Shown here: positions 15,325 through 20,000 of the stretch, in pieces
How the letters are laid out: every line of letters begins with the position of its first letter
Numbering within the stretch: position 1 is the first letter of the stretch
DNA from: an uncultured virus (IMG/VR IMGVR_UViG_3300048625_000025)
Taxonomy: Duplodnaviria; Heunggongvirae; Uroviricota; Caudoviricetes
IMG/VR virus record: IMGVR_UViG_3300048625_000025
Coordinates: 56,316-76,315 of that record
Length of the DNA: 20,000 bases
Strand: one strand, 5' to 3'
The notes under the pieces: generated by a model
Told to the model about the DNA's origin: nothing
Seen by the model: only the letters and a program-made list of their open reading frames with translations
Databases searched by the model: none
Made by a program: the position numbers and the translations under genes

Positions 15325-15936
15325 ATGATTATAGGAATTTGTGGTTTTATTGGGTCAGGTAAAGATACAGCAGCAGACTATTTGGTGAACTTCCACGAGT
15401 TTAAGCGCGAAAGCTATGCAAACACTCTTAAGGATGCAGTGGCATCAGTATTTGGATGGGATAGAGAAATGCTGGAAGGGCGCACAGGGCAAAGTAGACT
15501 CTGGCGAGAAGAGACTGACCTGTGGTGGAGCAGCCGACTTGGTATGCCAATTACCCCACGTTGGGTATTGCAAAACTGGGGAACAAACGTTCTCAGAGCA
15601 CACTTCCATGATGACATCTGGATTGCCAGCTTAGAAAACAAATTGCGTACCAGCAAGGACAGTATTGTTATTAGTGACTGTCGTTTCCCCAACGAAATCG
15701 CCGGACTCAAAGCTCAAGCGGCTAAGGTAGTATGGGTGCAGCGTGGCATCACTCCGCATTGGTACAGCATTGCAGAACAAGCCAATAGAGGTGATATCAA
15801 AGCGCAGGAATGGTTAGCTAAAGAAGGTATCCATGCCAGTGAGTATAGCTGGGCAGGTACACATTTTGATCACATCATTGACAACAATGGCACTATTGAT
15901 CAGCTATACAGCCAACTTAAAAGTCTGGTAGTATAG
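15325..15936 (+). CDS. Deoxynucleoside monophosphate kinase (T4 gp1-like)
   Basis: MIIGICGFIGSGKDT P-loop, TPRWVLQ.WGT, DIWI, VISDCRFPNE, HASE and IIDNNGTIDQL. Confidence 0.92.
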   Translation: MIIGICGFIGSGKDTAADYLVNFHEFKRESYANTLKDAVASVFGWDREMLEGRTGQSRLWREETDLWWSSRLGMPITPRWVLQNWGTNVLRAHFHDDIWIASLENKLRTSKDSIVISDCRFPNEIAGLKAQAAKVVWVQRGITPHWYSIAEQANRGDIKAQEWLAKEGIHASEYSWAGTHFDHIIDNNGTIDQLYSQLKSLVV

Positions 15937-16267
15937 TACTGGTCTTCCATGGTAACTTGCTCTTACTGACTTCTATTGCACAGTTAGCGCAAATGGTCTT
16001 GAGATTAGTCCAGTTAGTGTTATTCAACTTACCATCTAAATGAAACACCTGTAACTGATCGGGATGTTTAGCAATAAAGCCGCATTTTTCACACTGCGGC
16101 TTTTTCTTGTACCCGCTTAGTGCCCACGCCGGTCTTTTGGGCTTTAATTTCTTGCCTTTACGTAGACAGCTATCACATTGCTTGCGATAATGCGTTACAC
16201 CTTCCTTGAGGTAGTTGACTGCAACTGGTCTAGTGTTGCAAGTAGGGCAGATTGGGCGTTGTTCCAT
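15917..16267 (-). CDS. Zn-finger / HNH-like protein (116 aa)
   Basis: Start revised to MEQRPIC. Has CPTC, CDSC, CEKC and FHLDG..NN....NLKTICANC (HNH-like). Overlaps the dNMP kinase end by 20 bp. Confidence 0.7.
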   Translation of the reverse strand: MEQRPICPTCNTRPVAVNYLKEGVTHYRKQCDSCLRKGKKLKPKRPAWALSGYKKKPQCEKCGFIAKHPDQLQVFHLDGKLNNTNWTNLKTICANCAIEVSKSKLPWKTSTILPDF

Positions 16268-16271
16268 ACTG

Positions 16272-16278
16272 TATTTAT
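16272..16278 (-). promoter_or_regulatory. Late promoter-like motif ATAAATA, 4 nt before ATG
   Basis: The minus strand reads ATAAATA-CAGT-ATG, the same geometry as 7798-7811. Confidence 0.65.
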
Positions 16279-16329
16279 GTGCAAACCTTGGCAAAGGGCA
16301 CCGTAACGGACCAATTTTGTCATATCCAA

Positions 16330-16336
16330 ATAAATA
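16330..16336 (+). promoter_or_regulatory. Late promoter-like motif ATAAATA for the tail sheath
   Basis: Intergenic, upstream of SD AAGGA and ATG 16368. Confidence 0.7.
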
Positions 16337-16367
16337 TTGATATCGTGTATTATAAAGGAAACACAAT

Positions 16368-19300
16368 ATGGCACTAATTTCTCCAGGTTTACAATTAAGT
16401 GTAACCGACGAAAGTCAATATGTACCAGGCGCAGTTGGATCTGTACCATTGGTCATCTTGGCTACCGCTCAAGACAAAACAAATCCAGCAGGCGCAACTG
16501 CATTGGGTACAACAAAAGCAAATGCAGGTAAGTTACAAGCGTATGCTAGCCAACGTGAGTTAGTTAGTGCATTTGGTTATCCATCATTCCAACAAAGCAG
16601 TGCTGGTACAGCATTGCACGGCGACGAACGCAACGAATACGGCTTGATGGCAGCTTACAGTGCATTAGGCATTGGTAACCGCGTATATGCAATCCGTGCT
16701 GATATCGACTTAGCTCAATTGGAAGCAACAAGCAACCGTCCTACAGGTACTGTAGCTGATGGTACATACTGGTTAGATCTATTAGACTCAAACTGGGGTA
16801 TCAACGAATGGGATGCTAGCGCAGGCGTATTCAACGCAGTAACTCCAGCAGTTATTACAGATAGCGCTCAATACTCAAACGTTGGTGGTATTAACACTCC
16901 TCTAGCAAGCGTTGGCGAAATTGGTTCTTACGCAGTGGTATTAAACCCAGCTGGTTCAGGCGGATTCTCTTCTAGCGTTTGGTATACATTCAAGAAGTTA
17001 ACAACAAACGCATGGGCGGTTCTAGGTAGCCGTACATGGCAAGCCGACCACGCTACAATCCGTGGCACAACTTCTAGTCCAGTAATTGCATCTGCATCAC
17101 CAGCAGCAGCAATCACAATTAACGGTACTAGCGTTACTGTTGGTAGCACAAGCGTTACTAAATCATTAGCTGATGTAGTTACTGCAATTAACGCAGCAAC
17201 TATCACAGGTGTTACGGCCCGTGCAGTAAACAACAAGCTAGAAATCCTTGCAACTGATTTGGCATTGAACGATGCAGTAGTTATTGCTGACAGCGCACAA
17301 ACTCCATTGGCAACATTGGGTATTGCTGCTGGTACATACAATGCACCAACTTCAACATACGGTTCTTATGTGGCTATTCCAGCATGGAGAAGCACAGATA
17401 CAACACCACGTCCAAGTGGTAGCGTATTCTTTAAGACTAGCGCAATTGGTGGCGGTGCTGACATTGTTATCAAGAAGTACAGCGCAGGAACAGGTACATG
17501 GACTGCACAAGCAGCCCCATTGTACAACCATCCAACCAATGCAATCTTTAACTTGGATCCAACTGCTGGCGGATTTAACATTGCAGCGGGTACCCTATAT
17601 GTTCGTTACGATGTAACTGATGGTACTGTTGGCGACTTTAAGCCTTACTACCGTCGTGTAGCAGGCGCAACTAAGATCACTAGTAATGCAGCAGCCAGTA
17701 TAAACCCATTTACCTCTGGTAACGCATTTACGATCACTGTAACTTCGATTGGAACTAGTGCGCTAACCACTTACTCAATCTCATTGAGCAGCACAGGATT
17801 AGCTAACTTTGCAGCGGCTATTCAAGCAGCAAACATTCCTGAACTTACAGTTTCTGCAGATACTACTGCTAAAACAATCACATTGACTCACAAGTACGGT
17901 GGCGATATCAAATTGACTAACGTTACTGGTACTCCGGTAGCCGATGCAGGTTTTGATACAACTATTGCAGGTGTGCAAGCTAATGCAACTGGTGCATTGG
18001 AACTAACTAACTGGAGCCCATTGGCATATACATACAGTGTAAATGAGCCAACCCAAGATCCAGTAGATGGTACACTATGGTACTACGGTTCAGCTACTGA
18101 TGTTGATGTTATGATCAACACCACAACCGGCTGGATGGGTTACCAAAATGAAACCAATGATGCACGCGGTTACAACTTGTCATTGACTGATGACAACGGG
18201 GTTATTGTTAGCGCAAGCAAGCCAACCACTCAAGTTAGTGGCAGCGCATTAGCAGCGGGCGATTTGTGGTTAGACACAAGCGACTTAGAGAACTGGCCAG
18301 CATTGTATCGCTTCAGCTCTACTACATGGGTTAAGATTGATAACACAGACCAAGTTGGTCAAAACGGTATCATCTTTGCTGATGCACGTTGGGGCACAGC
18401 AGGTACAGTAGATCCAGTTAGCGGCAGCTTGCCAACTATCACAGATTTGTTGACTAGCGATTACTTGGATCTTGACGCTCCTGATTATCGTTTGTATCCA
18501 CGTGGTACATTGTTGTTTAACACACGCCGCAGCGGTTATAACGTTAAGCGTTTTGTAAGCAACTACTTCAGCGAAGCTAACTTCCCAGACGATTCATTGC
18601 CAACTGTGGCTAACGCATGGGTAAGCGCAAGTGGATTGAAGGACAATGGCAGCATGTATGCTGGTCACCAAGCTCAACGCCATATGGTTGTTAGCGCATT
18701 GAAGGCAGCATTGGACGGCAACACAGCAGTTCGTGAAGACCAATACGCATTCAACTTGATTGCAGCTCCTGGTTACCAAGAACTTATTGCTAACATGGTT
18801 GCTCTAAACAACGACCGTCAAAACACAGCGTTCATTATTGGTGATACACCGTTCCGTTTAGCTCCAAACACAATTGATTTGATCAATTGGAGCAACAACA
18901 CAGATAACGCAACTGGTTTGACAACAAACGATCCGTACCTAGGTGTTTACTACCCAGGCGCAGCGCAAACAAATGACGTGCAAGGTAACACTATTGTTGT
19001 TCCAGCAAGTCACGTTGCTCTACGTACATTCTTGCACAGTGATAACATTAGCTATCAATGGTTTGCACCAGCTGGTACACGCCGTGGTTTAGTTGACAAC
19101 GCTAACAGCGTAGGTTACATTGACGCAATGACTGGTGAGTATAACCCAATTGGTGTTAACCAAGGTCTACGTGATAGCTTGTATGAAAACAAGATTAACC
19201 CAATCACTAACTTGCCAGGAATTGGTTTAGTTGTATGGGGTCAAAAGACTCGTAACCCAGTTGCAAGCGCAATGGATCGTGTAAACGTAGCTCGTCTAGT

Positions 19301-19598
19301 TAACTACATCCGTACAATTCTTGCTAGCGTTGGTAACGGCTTCTTGTTTGAACCAAACGACAAGATCACACGCGACCAGTTGAAGACTATTATCAGTGGT
19401 GCAGTAAACGACTTGGTAAGCAAGCGCGGTGTGTACGACTACTTGGTAGTATGTGACGACAGCAACAATACACCAACACGTATTGCACGTAATGAGTTGT
19501 ATGTTGATATCGCTATTGAGCCAATGAAGGATGTTGAGTTTATCTACATTCCAATCCGCTTGTATAATCCAGGTGGCATTAAGCAATTAGGCGCATAA
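16368..19598 (+). CDS. gp18: Contractile tail sheath protein (gp18-like), 1076 aa, with large inserted domains
   Basis: N-terminal LISPGLQLSVTDES. C-terminal WFAPAGTRRG, LYENKINPI, VWGQKT, DRVNVARL, FLFEPND, VVCDDSNNTP and IAIEPMKDVEFIYI. Confidence 0.95.
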   Translation: MALISPGLQLSVTDESQYVPGAVGSVPLVILATAQDKTNPAGATALGTTKANAGKLQAYASQRELVSAFGYPSFQQSSAGTALHGDERNEYGLMAAYSALGIGNRVYAIRADIDLAQLEATSNRPTGTVADGTYWLDLLDSNWGINEWDASAGVFNAVTPAVITDSAQYSNVGGINTPLASVGEIGSYAVVLNPAGSGGFSSSVWYTFKKLTTNAWAVLGSRTWQADHATIRGTTSSPVIASASPAAAITINGTSVTVGSTSVTKSLADVVTAINAATITGVTARAVNNKLEILATDLALNDAVVIADSAQTPLATLGIAAGTYNAPTSTYGSYVAIPAWRSTDTTPRPSGSVFFKTSAIGGGADIVIKKYSAGTGTWTAQAAPLYNHPTNAIFNLDPTAGGFNIAAGTLYVRYDVTDGTVGDFKPYYRRVAGATKITSNAAASINPFTSGNAFTITVTSIGTSALTTYSISLSSTGLANFAAAIQAANIPELTVSADTTAKTITLTHKYGGDIKLTNVTGTPVADAGFDTTIAGVQANATGALELTNWSPLAYTYSVNEPTQDPVDGTLWYYGSATDVDVMINTTTGWMGYQNETNDARGYNLSLTDDNGVIVSASKPTTQVSGSALAAGDLWLDTSDLENWPALYRFSSTTWVKIDNTDQVGQNGIIFADARWGTAGTVDPVSGSLPTITDLLTSDYLDLDAPDYRLYPRGTLLFNTRRSGYNVKRFVSNYFSEANFPDDSLPTVANAWVSASGLKDNGSMYAGHQAQRHMVVSALKAALDGNTAVREDQYAFNLIAAPGYQELIANMVALNNDRQNTAFIIGDTPFRLAPNTIDLINWSNNTDNATGLTTNDPYLGVYYPGAAQTNDVQGNTIVVPASHVALRTFLHSDNISYQWFAPAGTRRGLVDNANSVGYIDAMTGEYNPIGVNQGLRDSLYENKINPITNLPGIGLVVWGQKTRNPVASAMDRVNVARLVNYIRTILASVGNGFLFEPNDKITRDQLKTIISGAVNDLVSKRGVYDYLVVCDDSNNTPTRIARNELYVDIAIEPMKDVEFIYIPIRLYNPGGIKQLGA

Positions 19599-19608
19599 AG
19601 TAGGTATA

Positions 19609-19633
19609 TAACGGGACCATACCGGTCCCGTTA
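19609..19633 (+). terminator. 10-bp perfect stem-loop after the sheath gene (weak terminator or mRNA-stabilising hairpin)
   Basis: TAACGGGACC-ATACC-GGTCCCGTTA, with no clear U-tract. Confidence 0.55.
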
Positions 19634-19650
19634 ACTCACCCAAAATTAGG

Positions 19651-19656
19651 TAAATA
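19651..19656 (+). promoter_or_regulatory. Late promoter-like core TAAATA for the tail tube
   Basis: Followed by SD AGGAG and ATG 19675. Confidence 0.65.
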
Positions 19657-19674
19657 CCTTAACAGGAGAATAAG

Positions 19675-20000
19675 ATGGCAGTATCATCATTAACAAGAAT
19701 TACAGTACCATTGGCAACTAACCAAAGTGCATCAGCACAGGGTTTGCTAATGCCAAAGTTGAAGTATCGCTTCCGCGCTACTTTTGAAAACTTTGGTGTA
19801 AGTGCTGACAAAACAGAATTAACAAAACAAGTAGTTGACATCAAACGTCCTAACGTTAACTTCAACCCTATTACTGTTGACGTTTACAACAGCAAAGTAT
19901 ATTTGCAAGGTAAACCAGAATGGCAAGAGATTACAGTTAACCTACGCGACGATGCTGCTGGTAACGTAAGCCGCTTAGTTGGCGAACAAATCCAGAAGCA
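19675..20000 (+). CDS. gp19: Tail tube protein (gp19-like), 3' truncated by window
   Basis: Not in the ORF track. Reads MAVSSLTRITVPLATNQSASAQGLLMPKLKYRFRATFENFG...KRPNVNFNPITVDVYNSKVYLQGKPEWQEITVNLRDD. Follows the sheath gene, with SD AGGAG. Confidence 0.88.
   Translation, partial: MAVSSLTRITVPLATNQSASAQGLLMPKLKYRFRATFENFGVSADKTELTKQVVDIKRPNVNFNPITVDVYNSKVYLQGKPEWQEITVNLRDDAAGNVSRLVGEQIQK

Noticed and set aside
223..16366. Track start positions 223, 11523, 12421 and 16366
   Set aside because: 223 is internal to a frame open from base 1. The others are non-ATG starts that run through promoters or upstream genes. ATGs at 11541, 12511 and 16267 fit the signals better.
905..19865. Numerous antisense or alternate-frame ORFs in the track (e.g. 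905-1255, 2977-3348, 5199-5654, 13109-13558, 16928-17341, 19659-19865)
   Set aside because: They overlap well-supported genes and have no recognisable motifs, as expected for shadow ORFs from codon bias.
1..20000. Stop-codon reassignment, introns/inteins, tRNAs or CRISPR arrays
   Set aside because: Genes are full length in the standard code and TAA, TAG and TGA all act as stops. Intergenic gaps are short and show no cloverleaf or repeat-spacer pattern. No splice or intein motifs were noticed.

Overview
A 20 kb segment of a large T4-like myovirus genome covering the virion morphogenesis region, in the standard genetic code, with no RNA genes, CRISPR or intact mobile elements seen. Left part: two tail fibre/spike genes with self-cleaving chaperone domains (peptidase G2-type and S74-type), three tandem paralogous Gly/His-rich proteins, a small fibre-associated protein, a tightly coupled enzyme trio (U32-family Fe-S protein, 2OG-Fe(II) oxygenase, flavin-dependent tryptophan-halogenase homolog) and a DUF115/GT42-like protein. 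Middle: an inverted block (gp14-like neck, a 19-codon GIY-YIG scar, gp15-like tail terminator, NUDIX), then a sigma70-driven island of apparently leaderless genes. Right: gp13-like neck, a kinase-fold protein with a capsid-targeting-like N-terminus, dNMP kinase, an HNH/Zn-finger protein, a 1076-aa tail sheath and the start of the tail tube. The most notable observations are a possible late virion-tailoring cassette (Gly-rich paralogs plus U32, 2OG and halogenase), a possibly packaged protein kinase, two promoter-in-hairpin elements at the early/late boundaries, leaderless transcripts from both promoter classes, and a homing-endonuclease scar that keeps translational coupling. All family assignments come from motif recognition by eye, not database searches.
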